Source: a bacterium (GTDB lineage: Bacteria > SAR324 > JACQKK01). From it: a DNA stretch of 38,412 bases. Position 1 is the first letter of the stretch. Each line of letters begins with the position of its first letter. Below the pieces are notes generated by a model. It saw only the letters and a list, made by a program, of their open reading frames with translations, did not search any database and had not been told where the DNA came from. The translations under genes were made by a program, and so were the position numbers. This document shows, piece after piece, positions 26,860-35,220 of the stretch. The stretch spans positions 1 to 38,412 of the forward strand of contig JBGOUY010000001.1 in assembly GCA_041477795.1 (NCBI GenBank). Direction: 5' to 3'.

Positions 26860-27010
26860 TGGATGCGGCGCGAATCGAACCCGCGTCCTATCAGGAGCAC
26901 CGCCGCTCCTGGTCTGCCGATATCAAATGCTTTCCGGGTTTGCGCCTGCGCATTTGATGGAGGCTGCGCCTCAGTTCATGCACAGCAGTTATACACTAGG
27001 CGGCACCGGT
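26860..27010 (-). ncRNA. tmRNA-like 3' (tRNA-like domain) segment, copy B
   Basis: The minus strand ends ...TAGGAC-GCGGG-TTCGATT-CGCGC-CGCATCC-A. GGACGCGGGTTCGATTC is the tmRNA T-arm context as recalled from E. coli and betaproteobacterial ssrA. The acceptor strand would allow a G3:U70 pair. There is one G-G mismatch in the T-stem and no encoded CCA. Upstream helices (ATCAAATGC...GCATTTGAT, AGGAGC...GCTCCT) are present and a terminator follows. There is not room for a full one-piece tmRNA, because the deacetylase stop is at 27063. Confidence 0.4.
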
Positions 27011-27062
27011 ATCACCCAGCGTTGTGTGACAGGGCGTGCAAAAAATCGTCTGCCAACCGTGA

Positions 27063-28010
27063 TCAAGCTTCGGCCTTCACATACCGGGCGATCTGCTCGT
27101 GTGTGGCGAACCAGACCCGGTCCTGCGCGCACATGTGCTCGATGAGCGCTTCCAGCATGGCCAGTCGCGAGCGGTGCCCGATGATGTGCGGATGCAGGGT
27201 GAGTTGGAAGAGCCCCCCTTCCTGGAGCGCCATGTCGAACTCCGCCCGCCAGATTTCCAGCACGGCGAACGGCGTCGTATAGGGACGCAGTGCCGAGAAG
27301 CGATCCATGTTGAAGTAGGCGCCGTCGCTGCGGATCCACTCTGCCGGGATTTCCACAACGCCCGTGGCCTGACCGTTCTCGAGCAATTCATACGGCTCGT
27401 CGTCCGCCATCATGGACGAATCGTAGAGCAGCCCCAGCTGACGCACGACGCTCAAGGTTGCGGGGCTGAATTCAAACGAAGGCGCCCTGAGCCCCACTGG
27501 CGCAATGCCTGTGATCGATTCCAGGGTCTCAATGCAACGACGGAACAAGTCCAGTTCCACGCCGGCGGGCAGGAGGCTGTTGCGTTCATGGATCCAGCCA
27601 TGCAGGCCGACCTCGTGTCCTTCGCCCACCAATCGGCGCTGCTCGTCCGGATAGATGCTGGCAACGACGGCCGGCACGAAGAAGGTCACCGGGATGCTGT
27701 ACCTAGTCATCAGCCGCAGGATACGCGGCACGGCGACGCGCGCCCCATATTGTCCCTGGGAGAGCCGGACGGGTGCCTCGCCGCCGTCCCGCAGCTCCCC
27801 GCTCTCGTGATCGGAATCGAAGGAAAGGGCGACCGCGACGCGGGCGCCGTCCTTCCACTGGCGCGGCCGGAGCGGACGGCCGGCTCGCACGCGATCGACG
27901 ATGCCGCGCCACCTGGATTCTTCCCACGCCCAGGGCGGTGTGACGCCGGAGGGGCTGCCGCCGGGCGTTCCGTCAGCGCGTTCTGGGGTGCTCTTGAGGA
28001 TCTCAGACAT
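27063..28010 (-). CDS. polysaccharide deacetylase (NodB-homology) family protein
   Basis: Start at MSEILKST (ATG at 28010). VAVALSFDSDHESGE, IPVTFFVPA, GHEVGLHGWIHE and LTLHPHIIG fit the divergent NodB/PuuE-like deacetylase fold. Confidence 0.85.
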   Translation of the reverse strand: MSEILKSTPERADGTPGGSPSGVTPPWAWEESRWRGIVDRVRAGRPLRPRQWKDGARVAVALSFDSDHESGELRDGGEAPVRLSQGQYGARVAVPRILRLMTRYSIPVTFFVPAVVASIYPDEQRRLVGEGHEVGLHGWIHERNSLLPAGVELDLFRRCIETLESITGIAPVGLRAPSFEFSPATLSVVRQLGLLYDSSMMADDEPYELLENGQATGVVEIPAEWIRSDGAYFNMDRFSALRPYTTPFAVLEIWRAEFDMALQEGGLFQLTLHPHIIGHRSRLAMLEALIEHMCAQDRVWFATHEQIARYVKAEA

Positions 28011-28250
28011 GAATCGGCTTCCGGAGATGGGGGGTGAGCGCTCGGATTCGAGCGGATGCGGTCGCTGCACCGTGCGCGCCGTGCGTGAGGTGCGGCGGCT
28101 CTTTTCGGGATGCTCGCGCTCGGCGGGCTCCTATTTGATTCCTCGCGGCATCCATAGTCAAAGACCCGTCTGGAGTCGCCGCTAGAGCCTTGACATTCAG
28201 GGACTGCGCCCATAAGGGTAGTCTCCAACCCGCTAGAGACGTACGCGCAC

Positions 28251-29195
28251 ATGTCGGACCGGAACATCGAACACGTTGCCAAGCCGGCAGCGGAAAGCGG
28301 TGGCCGTACCAAGCGCTTGTCCGCTCCTGCCTTTGCGTTCCTGCTAAACTCCCCGGCGCTGCTGGCGATCGCCCTGCTGGTTGGCTATCCCATCGCTTAT
28401 TCGTTCTGGATCAGCCTGCATCGGTACAACCTCAAGCGCCCCAGCATTTTTCGATTCATCGGCCTGAACAACTACGTCGAGATCGTTAGCTCGCCGGAAT
28501 TCTGGAGCGCCCTGCGCATCACGGCGGAATTCACCGCGATGGCCGTGGTGCTGGTCGTGCTGCTGGCGATCGTGGTGGCGCTCCTGCTTACCGAGCCCTT
28601 TCCCGGCCGTGGCATCGTGCGCACGTTGATTCTCGTGCCGTGGGCGATTCCGCCGGTGGTGAACGGCTTGATGTGGCAGTGGATCTACGATTCCAACGTG
28701 GGAGCGCTGAACGGCCTGCTGATGAGTCTGGGACTCATCGGTGAATACCGGGGATGGCTTTCGGACCCCACCTACGCGCTGCTGGCCCTGGTCTCCGCCC
28801 ACGTCTGGAACCTGCTTCCGCTGGCGGTGATCCTGCTCCTCGCCGCCCTGCAAGGCATCCCGTCCGATCTGTACGACGCAGGGCGCGTCGACGGCTGCAA
28901 TTCCTGGAACCTTCTCGTGCACGTCACGTTGCCATGGCTCGCCCAGCCGCTGCTGGTAGTGCTGGTGCTCCAGACAATGTACGCGATCCGCGTATTTGAT
29001 GTGATTTACGTGCTGACGGCGGGAGGGCCGGGCACCACCACGACGACGCTGACCTGGCAGACCTTCCTGATCACGTTCAACAACCTCGATTTCGGGTTGG
29101 GCAACGCCTACGCCTACACGGTCAGCCTCATCACCCTGGCTCTGGCCTGGATCTATTTCCGCCTGCTGTACCGGCGGGGAGAGTTTGAGACATGA
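28251..29195 (+). CDS. carbohydrate (CUT1) ABC transporter permease, MalF/UgpA-like
   Basis: 314 aa with six hydrophobic segments and EAA-type loop LQGIPSDLYDAGRVDGCNSWNLLVHVTLP. Confidence 0.9.
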   Translation: MSDRNIEHVAKPAAESGGRTKRLSAPAFAFLLNSPALLAIALLVGYPIAYSFWISLHRYNLKRPSIFRFIGLNNYVEIVSSPEFWSALRITAEFTAMAVVLVVLLAIVVALLLTEPFPGRGIVRTLILVPWAIPPVVNGLMWQWIYDSNVGALNGLLMSLGLIGEYRGWLSDPTYALLALVSAHVWNLLPLAVILLLAALQGIPSDLYDAGRVDGCNSWNLLVHVTLPWLAQPLLVVLVLQTMYAIRVFDVIYVLTAGGPGTTTTTLTWQTFLITFNNLDFGLGNAYAYTVSLITLALAWIYFRLLYRRGEFET

Positions 29196-30091
29196 TCCAG
29201 CGCCTGATCGTGCCCGGCACCGCAGCGAAGCGGCGGCGGCGGCGCACCGTGCTCCTGACCATCGGGGGCATCCTGGTGGCCCTGTACGTGCTAGCGCCGT
29301 TCTCGTGGCTGGTGCTGACGAGTTTCATGCACGAGCGCGAGGCGCTCTCCGTGCCGCCCCAGTGGATCCCGCAAGCGCCGACGGTGGACAACTACCTGAC
29401 CTTCTTCCACCCGACCGGGACGCGGGCCATCGTCGGCAGCCGCGCGGCGGAGCAGACGTTGCCCAGCGTCGCCAACTCGCTCATTGCGGCCACCGGCACC
29501 GCGCTGCTCAATATCGTGCTGGGCACGCTGGCCGGCTACAGCTTCGCCAGGCTTCCCTTTCCCGGCCGCACGACGCTGCTCATGCTGTACCTGGGTTCGC
29601 GCATGGTGCCCGGCATCGCGCTGATCGTTCCGCTCTACCTGGTCATCAAGACCTACAATCTTCTGGACAATCTACTTGCGCTGATGCTGACGTACCTCAC
29701 GTTCACGCTGCCATTCACGGTGTGGATGCTGAAGAGCTACTTCCAGGGTATTCCGCGCTCCCTGGAAGATGCTGCGTTGATTGATGGCTGCAACTGGTGG
29801 CGTATGGTGGCTTATGTGCTCCTGCCTATGTCGATGCCGGGTCTGGTCGCCGCTGCCATGTTTTCGTTCATGACGGCCTGGAATGACTATCTGTTCGCGG
29901 TCATCATCACATCGAGCATCGCATCGAAAACCGTTCCGGTCGTCGTCGCCGGATTCGCGACCGATGTCACCACGGAACGTACGCTGATGGCGGCCGGTGG
30001 CGTTGTCGCCGTGATTCCGCCCCTGTTGCTCGCATTCATCTTTCAACGACTGATTGTCCAGGGGCTCACATCGGGTGCCGTGAAGGAGTAA
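29192..30091 (+). CDS. carbohydrate (CUT1) ABC transporter permease, MalG/UgpE-like
   Basis: 299 aa with FQGIPRSLEDAALIDGCNWWRMVAYVLLPMSMPG. ATGA overlap with the upstream permease. Confidence 0.9.
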   Translation: MIQRLIVPGTAAKRRRRRTVLLTIGGILVALYVLAPFSWLVLTSFMHEREALSVPPQWIPQAPTVDNYLTFFHPTGTRAIVGSRAAEQTLPSVANSLIAATGTALLNIVLGTLAGYSFARLPFPGRTTLLMLYLGSRMVPGIALIVPLYLVIKTYNLLDNLLALMLTYLTFTLPFTVWMLKSYFQGIPRSLEDAALIDGCNWWRMVAYVLLPMSMPGLVAAAMFSFMTAWNDYLFAVIITSSIASKTVPVVVAGFATDVTTERTLMAAGGVVAVIPPLLLAFIFQRLIVQGLTSGAVKE

Positions 30092-30145
30092 CCCGGCCTT
30101 CACGGTCTGGCAGGATCCTCAATCTCATTCATCGAAGGAGACACC

Positions 30146-31492
30146 ATGGGCCAATCCCGAGCGAATGGCACTCGCTTCACGCGGCGGCAATTCCTCAAGA
30201 CCACGGCAATGACGGCGGCAGGGCTCGGCCTGGCAGGGGCGGGCCTGCGCTCCCGCGCGCAAGCCGCGCCATCCACCATCAGCTTTTCGGGCTGGGCGTT
30301 CGAGCCCCAGGTGGTGGAAGTCAACGTCAACCGGTTCATGGCACAGAACCCGGACGTCAAGGTGAACTACATCCCCTTGGATCTTCAGCTGTACGAGGAG
30401 AAGATGGTGGCCCTGTTCAATGCGAACTCGCAACCCGATGCCTTCTACGTGCGGGACACGGCCCTGGGCGCCTGGGTAGAGGCCGGCTGGCTGCAGCCAA
30501 TCGACGGGATGAACCGTCTCGCCGAGCTCAACGCGGACATGTACACGTACAACCTGGAGGCCATGTCCTACAAGGGCAAGCAATATGGAACGCCCTACTA
30601 TGGGGACGTTTACATCTACATTTACGACACGACGGCACTGCCCAAGGCCGGCATCAGCAATGTGCCCACGACGCTGGATGAGCTGAAGAACACCGCGCTT
30701 GCCTGCAAGAAGGCGGGGCTGTCCAATTACCCGATTCTCAAGGGGTTCAAGACCAATACCGACGGCCTGGATGAATTCTGGTCGATGGTATTCGCGTCGG
30801 GCGGCCACCTGTTCAACGAAGACTTTGAGCCGATCTACCCGGACAAGGACAAGACTTCGCTGGCGGTGCTGGAGTGGATGGTGGCCGCGATGCACGACTG
30901 GAAGATCCTGGACCCGCGGGGGCTGGAGCTGGACGAGACCCAGGCCCGCGACATCTTCGTGAGCGGTCAGGGCATCTTCACGTCTGCGGTGGGCAACGTG
31001 TTCCCGCGCGTCAACAACCCGCAGCATAGCAAGCGTGCCGGAAACATCCAGCTGATGCGCTTCCCGGGACTTACCAATACCGGCATCGGCCCGATGGGCT
31101 GGACGCGGCTCTACGCCATGAGCTCCAAGACGAAGGAGCGCGACGCCGCCTGGAAGCTCATGTTCTACATGGGCGGTAAGGACAAGGATGGGGTCTATTA
31201 TTCGGCCAAGGACTGGTACCGCAAGTACGGGGTCGGCTATTCGTTCAAGTCACTGGACAATGATGCCGACATCAAGAAGGTGCAGCAGGATGCCGGATAC
31301 GATCTCGCGGTGCGCAGCCATCAGTACAGCAACGCGCATGCCCGCGAGAATATCAAGGCCCCCTGGTACCTGGAATGGGACCGCTTCACCCAACAGCAGA
31401 TCCAGACCGTGCTGCTGAAGAAGACCTCGCCCCGCGATGCGCTCAACGCATCGGCAAAGAAGGCACGCGAGCTCAAGAAAGAGTGGAGATAG
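30146..31492 (+). CDS. extracellular solute-binding protein (CUT1 family) with twin-arginine signal
   Basis: 448 aa. N-terminus TRFTRRQFLKTTAMTAAGLGLAGAGLRSRAQA is a Tat-type signal. GAAGGAG RBS. The body is typical of SBP_bac_1 sugar-binding proteins. Confidence 0.9.
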   Translation: MGQSRANGTRFTRRQFLKTTAMTAAGLGLAGAGLRSRAQAAPSTISFSGWAFEPQVVEVNVNRFMAQNPDVKVNYIPLDLQLYEEKMVALFNANSQPDAFYVRDTALGAWVEAGWLQPIDGMNRLAELNADMYTYNLEAMSYKGKQYGTPYYGDVYIYIYDTTALPKAGISNVPTTLDELKNTALACKKAGLSNYPILKGFKTNTDGLDEFWSMVFASGGHLFNEDFEPIYPDKDKTSLAVLEWMVAAMHDWKILDPRGLELDETQARDIFVSGQGIFTSAVGNVFPRVNNPQHSKRAGNIQLMRFPGLTNTGIGPMGWTRLYAMSSKTKERDAAWKLMFYMGGKDKDGVYYSAKDWYRKYGVGYSFKSLDNDADIKKVQQDAGYDLAVRSHQYSNAHARENIKAPWYLEWDRFTQQQIQTVLLKKTSPRDALNASAKKARELKKEWR

Positions 31493-31498
31493 TCGCGC

Positions 31499-32254
31499 AT
31501 GATGAACCTCTTCGAACGCACCGGCAACGCGCCGATCGTGCTGTGCGTCCACGGCTACTGCCAGTCATCGGCCTATTGGGCACCCACCGTGGAGCGGGTC
31601 GCAAAGGAAGGCGGCCATGGCATCGCGGTGGACCTGCCCGGGTTCGCGGGCTCGGCGGGTCTGCCCGGGCCCTACACCATGGAGACCTTCGCGGATGCGT
31701 TGGCGGCGCTGCTCGATGCGCGAGGCATCAAGCGCGCCGTCGTCGTGGGGGGGTCGATGGGGGGCGTCGTGGTCCAGCACTTCGCGCTGCGACACCCCGC
31801 GCGGCTGGAGCGGCTGCTAATGGTGGCGACCGGAGCCTACACCGCGGACCCCGCGGGGGCGCTGGCCAAGGCCGATCAGCTCGCGGCCGCGGCCTGGGAC
31901 GAGGACACCGTGCGGCCCATCGTCAATGGGTTTTTTCATACGCAGCCGCCACCCGAGCGCGTTGCGGAGTACCTGCGATACGCCCGGTTGGCTTCCCAAC
32001 AGGCGGCGGTCGAGGCGGGCCGCTCCAATGCACGCAACAACACCCTGGAACGGCTGGGCGAAATCAGGGTGCCCACGCTGATCATCCAGGGCCGGCACGA
32101 TACCGCCCGCACCGTGGCCCATGGAGCGGAAATGCAGGCGCGCATCGCCAATGCGCGGCTGGAGGTGCTGGAAGGCTCCGGCCATACGCCGCAACTCGAG
32201 GAGCCGGAAGCCTTTCATCGGCTGGCGTTACCCTTTCTCCTTTCCGGCCATTGA
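31499..32254 (+). CDS. alpha/beta hydrolase fold protein
   Basis: 251 aa with VLCVHGY oxyanion region, nucleophile elbow G-G-S-M-G-G, and late D (GRHD) and H (GSGHTPQLE) residues. Confidence 0.85.
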   Translation: MMNLFERTGNAPIVLCVHGYCQSSAYWAPTVERVAKEGGHGIAVDLPGFAGSAGLPGPYTMETFADALAALLDARGIKRAVVVGGSMGGVVVQHFALRHPARLERLLMVATGAYTADPAGALAKADQLAAAAWDEDTVRPIVNGFFHTQPPPERVAEYLRYARLASQQAAVEAGRSNARNNTLERLGEIRVPTLIIQGRHDTARTVAHGAEMQARIANARLEVLEGSGHTPQLEEPEAFHRLALPFLLSGH

Positions 32255-32376
32255 TCTCACTACCCCGCTGGGCCTGGCGCCCAATGGCCCCACTTCTATC
32301 TGGCAGGCAATGGGACTGTCCCGCGCTGCCAGGAAATCGCCGAGTGCAAGCAAGCCCTGCGAACTCTCGATGGGCT

Positions 32377-32402
32377 TGGTTCCGACGGGGAGATTCGAAC
32401 CC
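32377..32402 (-). other. tRNA 3'-terminal fragment (T-loop to CCA), att-like scar
   Basis: Minus strand reads GGG-TTCGAAT-CTCCC-CGTCGGA-A-CCA: a canonical T-loop, 3' T-stem, 7 nt acceptor strand, discriminator and CCA. The 5' T-stem (CAGGG) does not pair, and no matching 5' acceptor (TCCGACG) occurs within 100 nt upstream. It is followed by an AT-rich stretch (32410-32460). Confidence 0.45.
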
Positions 32403-32529
32403 TGTTGGCCGATAACACCTGTTTTTACAGTATGTTATCAGTTCGATCAGTCACATCCGCGCTACGATCTGTGTGACGGTATAGCACGCTATGCCCCGGT
32501 ATCGGCGTGTGTGACAACTCAGCCGAGGT

Positions 32530-32572
32530 CTCAGAATGAGAAAGCCCTGGTCACCAATCGGGGACCAGGGCT
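32530..32572 (-). terminator. probable Rho-independent terminator downstream of the arginase-fold gene
   Basis: AGCCCTGGTC...GACCAGGGCT forms a 10 bp stem, extendable with one bulge. On the minus strand it is followed by TTCTCATTCT. It lies between convergent operons. Confidence 0.45.
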
Positions 32573-32878
32573 CTTGCACCTCAGGATTCCGACGAAGCCT
32601 TCCGGGCTTCAGACTTGCCGCCATTCAAGCACTGCCACGACCCGCCGTAATGACCGTCGCACTTGAGACTGGCAAAATGCCGTCAGCTACAAACCCCGTC
32701 CTCCATCAACACGGCCGAACCCTCAAGCTAACTCCGGAGCGACTCCGCGAACCGGCGCAAGAAAGTCTCATTGCAGAGCGCCAATCCCCCGCTCCTCTGC
32801 TGCTCTCGCGCGTCGCCCGGCTTTGCGCCGAGCCATCGCAGTGGCCCACCGCGGAGGATCCAATGGTCACCCGTCGCC

Positions 32879-33826
32879 TTACGTGGAATCGGCCAGACCG
32901 AACTGCCGGCACAGGAGCACGAGGGTTTCATAGATGACATGGGCGCACAGGTGCGCCGCCAAGCCATTCACATCCTGAGGGGGGCTCACCGTGTTGACGT
33001 CGACCGCCACAATGTTGAGGTTTGTCAGCAGGCGGAGCAGATCGATGCCTTCACGCGCGGAAAGCCCGCCCCAGGAAGGTGAGCACACCCCGGGCGCGCA
33101 GGAAGGATCAAATACGTCCATATCGAAGCAGAGGTAGACGGGCCGGCCGCGTGCCTGATTGCGGAACTCCAGCAAATGCTCTGCGATGCTCCCACGTAGC
33201 AGTTGATCCAGCGATAGGACTTTGTAGCCGAGACTACGTGCACGGGGTATGACGCCTTGCGCATAGGTCGTTCCGCGGATTCCGATGTGCCATGACGACG
33301 ATACATCGATGAGCGCTTCCTCAGCCACGTGCGTGAATTGTGTCGCGGCGTTGTATTTTTCGCTTTCCACGTACGGGTAAGCGTCCGTGTGGGAGTCGAC
33401 GTGGAGGGCGACGAGGTCTGGGTGCCGTTTCGCGACCGCTCGTACGACCGGCACGGTGATTGAGCCGTCGCCTCCGATCGTGACCGGGACAGCCCCGGAA
33501 GCGACGATCCGCGCAACGGCCTGTTCGATCCGCTCAAAGGCGTCAACGATCCGACCGGGGGTCAACTTCACGTTGCCGCAATCGACAAGCTGAAGCTTCG
33601 ACACTGGATCGAAGTCGGCGTGGGTCGGATTGAACCGGCGCATGAGCGCGGACTGCTGGCGGACCGAGTCTGGGCCGCCACGGGCGCCCACGCGGAATGG
33701 GTGAGTGCCGCAATCGAACGGAATGCCCAGGATCGCTGCGCGATTGCCAGCACCCGGTCGGCCATAAGGGGCGCCCATGAATGTCATGGGCAATGTGAAC
33801 AGCTCGTCATCCGACAGGCGTGCCAT
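32879..33826 (-). CDS. arginase/agmatinase/ureohydrolase family protein with variant metal motif
   Basis: 315 aa with family motifs VDSHTD (DxHxD), FDMDVFDP (DxDxxDP) and SPSWGGLS. The GGDHS motif reads GGDGS. GGAGG RBS. Confidence 0.85.
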   Translation of the reverse strand: MARLSDDELFTLPMTFMGAPYGRPGAGNRAAILGIPFDCGTHPFRVGARGGPDSVRQQSALMRRFNPTHADFDPVSKLQLVDCGNVKLTPGRIVDAFERIEQAVARIVASGAVPVTIGGDGSITVPVVRAVAKRHPDLVALHVDSHTDAYPYVESEKYNAATQFTHVAEEALIDVSSSWHIGIRGTTYAQGVIPRARSLGYKVLSLDQLLRGSIAEHLLEFRNQARGRPVYLCFDMDVFDPSCAPGVCSPSWGGLSAREGIDLLRLLTNLNIVAVDVNTVSPPQDVNGLAAHLCAHVIYETLVLLCRQFGLADST

Positions 33827-33850
33827 GTGGGGCCTCCAGTGCTTTCTCGA

Positions 33851-35113
33851 TTAGACGGGAGCGGACAGGAAGGCATAAGCCGCGAGCGTGTGCACCTTCG
33901 CAACCGCCTTGAGTTCATCGACGAGGACGCACTCGTCCGGGCCGCCCATATTGAAGGGGGTCAGACCGAACACGACCGTGGGTACGTTGTGCATCCGGTA
34001 CCAGCGAGAATCTGAGCCTCCGACGCGCATGTTGATCGCGGGGCGCTGACCGAGCACGTCCTGGGCAGCCTCCGCCACCTGGCGGACGATCTCGTGGGTG
34101 GGTTCGGTATAGCTTGCTTCGAAGCGTCGGATGGCGCGCCAGGTGACCCCTTCCAGGGGCCCAAGCCATTCGGCGAGCTTCGCTTCGAGGATTCCCGTCG
34201 TGATCCCCACCGGCAGGCGGATATCGGCCTTGGCCACGGCATGAGCAGGCACGAGATTGGGTGACGTGCCGCCGGCGATCGTGCCGATATTGACAGTCAC
34301 CCGGCCCAGCGTGTCAGCCTCCCCGATGCCGGACAGCCGCTCTGAGACGGTCCGTGCAGCGCGAATCGCAGCAGTGATCGAGGGCGGTGCGGCGACGGGC
34401 AAATGCTCGAGTTCCTTGACGAGATCGAGCGCCTTGCGCAGCCGGTCAATGGCGTTGATGCCCTTGTGCACATGGGCTCCGTGGGCGGGCGAACCCGTCG
34501 CTTCGATCTCGACCCAGAGCAGTCCCTTCTCGCCAAACCGGACGACCAGCGGTGAGCCAACGTCGCCACAGATGTTGGCGTCACCCTTGGCGTGCGGAAT
34601 ATGCTCCAGCATGTAGGCGGTCCCGAGCGAGCCCATGTTCTCCTCGTCGCCGGCGAGAGTGAGCACGATTTCGCCGGCCCATGCATCGCGATGCTCGGCC
34701 AGCAAAGTGGCGGCAAGAATCGAACTGGCGATGCCACCTTTCATGTCGGAGACGCCACGGCCGTAGATGCGATTGTCCTTCAGAATCCCGCCCAGGGGGG
34801 GAACCGTCCAGCCGAGATCCTCGCCAATGGGAAACGTATCCAGATGTCCGTTGAATATGAGTCGGCGGCCCGGGCGAATGGCCTTGACGCGGGCGATCAG
34901 GCTCACCACGCGCGGTTCGGGCTCAATACGCTCGATCTCTATGGCGGGGATTTCCGACAAGATCTCTTGGGCTGTCTTCGCAATCTCGTACGTATCGCTC
35001 GGGGGGTTGGGCGAAGCGATGCCAACGAGGCGCTGAGTCGCAGCGATGAGGCGATCGAGGGATGAATCGACCTTGCTCGCCAATGTCTCGCGCACTCCAA
35101 ACCGATCGGGCAT
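33851..35113 (-). CDS. M20 family metallopeptidase (ArgE/DapE/ACY1-like deacylase)
   Basis: 420 aa with FNGHLDTFP, GRGVSDMKGG and GDEENMGSLG metal and catalytic motifs. It sits 24 nt upstream of the arginase-fold gene. Confidence 0.85.
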   Translation of the reverse strand: MPDRFGVRETLASKVDSSLDRLIAATQRLVGIASPNPPSDTYEIAKTAQEILSEIPAIEIERIEPEPRVVSLIARVKAIRPGRRLIFNGHLDTFPIGEDLGWTVPPLGGILKDNRIYGRGVSDMKGGIASSILAATLLAEHRDAWAGEIVLTLAGDEENMGSLGTAYMLEHIPHAKGDANICGDVGSPLVVRFGEKGLLWVEIEATGSPAHGAHVHKGINAIDRLRKALDLVKELEHLPVAAPPSITAAIRAARTVSERLSGIGEADTLGRVTVNIGTIAGGTSPNLVPAHAVAKADIRLPVGITTGILEAKLAEWLGPLEGVTWRAIRRFEASYTEPTHEIVRQVAEAAQDVLGQRPAINMRVGGSDSRWYRMHNVPTVVFGLTPFNMGGPDECVLVDELKAVAKVHTLAAYAFLSAPV

Positions 35114-35192
35114 GGCAGCCTAGTAGTCAGGCACGTCTTAAATTGCGGGTAGAGTGCCCAGGTGGCTTCGGGCTTATCGACCCCAGAACGGT

Positions 35193-35220
35193 GTAGGGGC
35201 ATAGCATGCTATGCCCCTAC
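35193..35220. repeat. 28 bp perfect palindrome
   Basis: GTAGGGGCATAGCA|TGCTATGCCCCTAC is self-complementary over all 28 nt. It lies in the 277 bp lower-GC spacer between the permease stop (35391) and the M20 start (35113). A related copy at 32478-32497 matches 18/20 positions (hand counted). Confidence 0.9.

Noticed and set aside
26786-26862. Possibility of a permuted two-piece tmRNA, because the sequence after copy B (GCGAGGCCCCGATTGACGGGGTTTCGCG) resembles the tmRNA 5' GGATTCGACGGGATTTGCG box
   Set aside because: The same bases form a 13-bp hairpin followed by a T-run, i.e. a terminator. No 5' acceptor strand complementary to CGCATCC precedes it. The downstream sequence is integrase-coding rather than tag-coding.
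27022-27031. Short motif TGTGTGAC recurring at 27023, 32471 and 32508
   Set aside because: An 8-mer recurring three times in 38 kb is not clearly beyond chance, and it has no consistent context.
30125-31027. 300-aa minus-strand ORF antisense to the sugar-binding protein
   Set aside because: It is a shadow frame. The plus-strand gene has a Tat signal, an RBS and a family-typical sequence.
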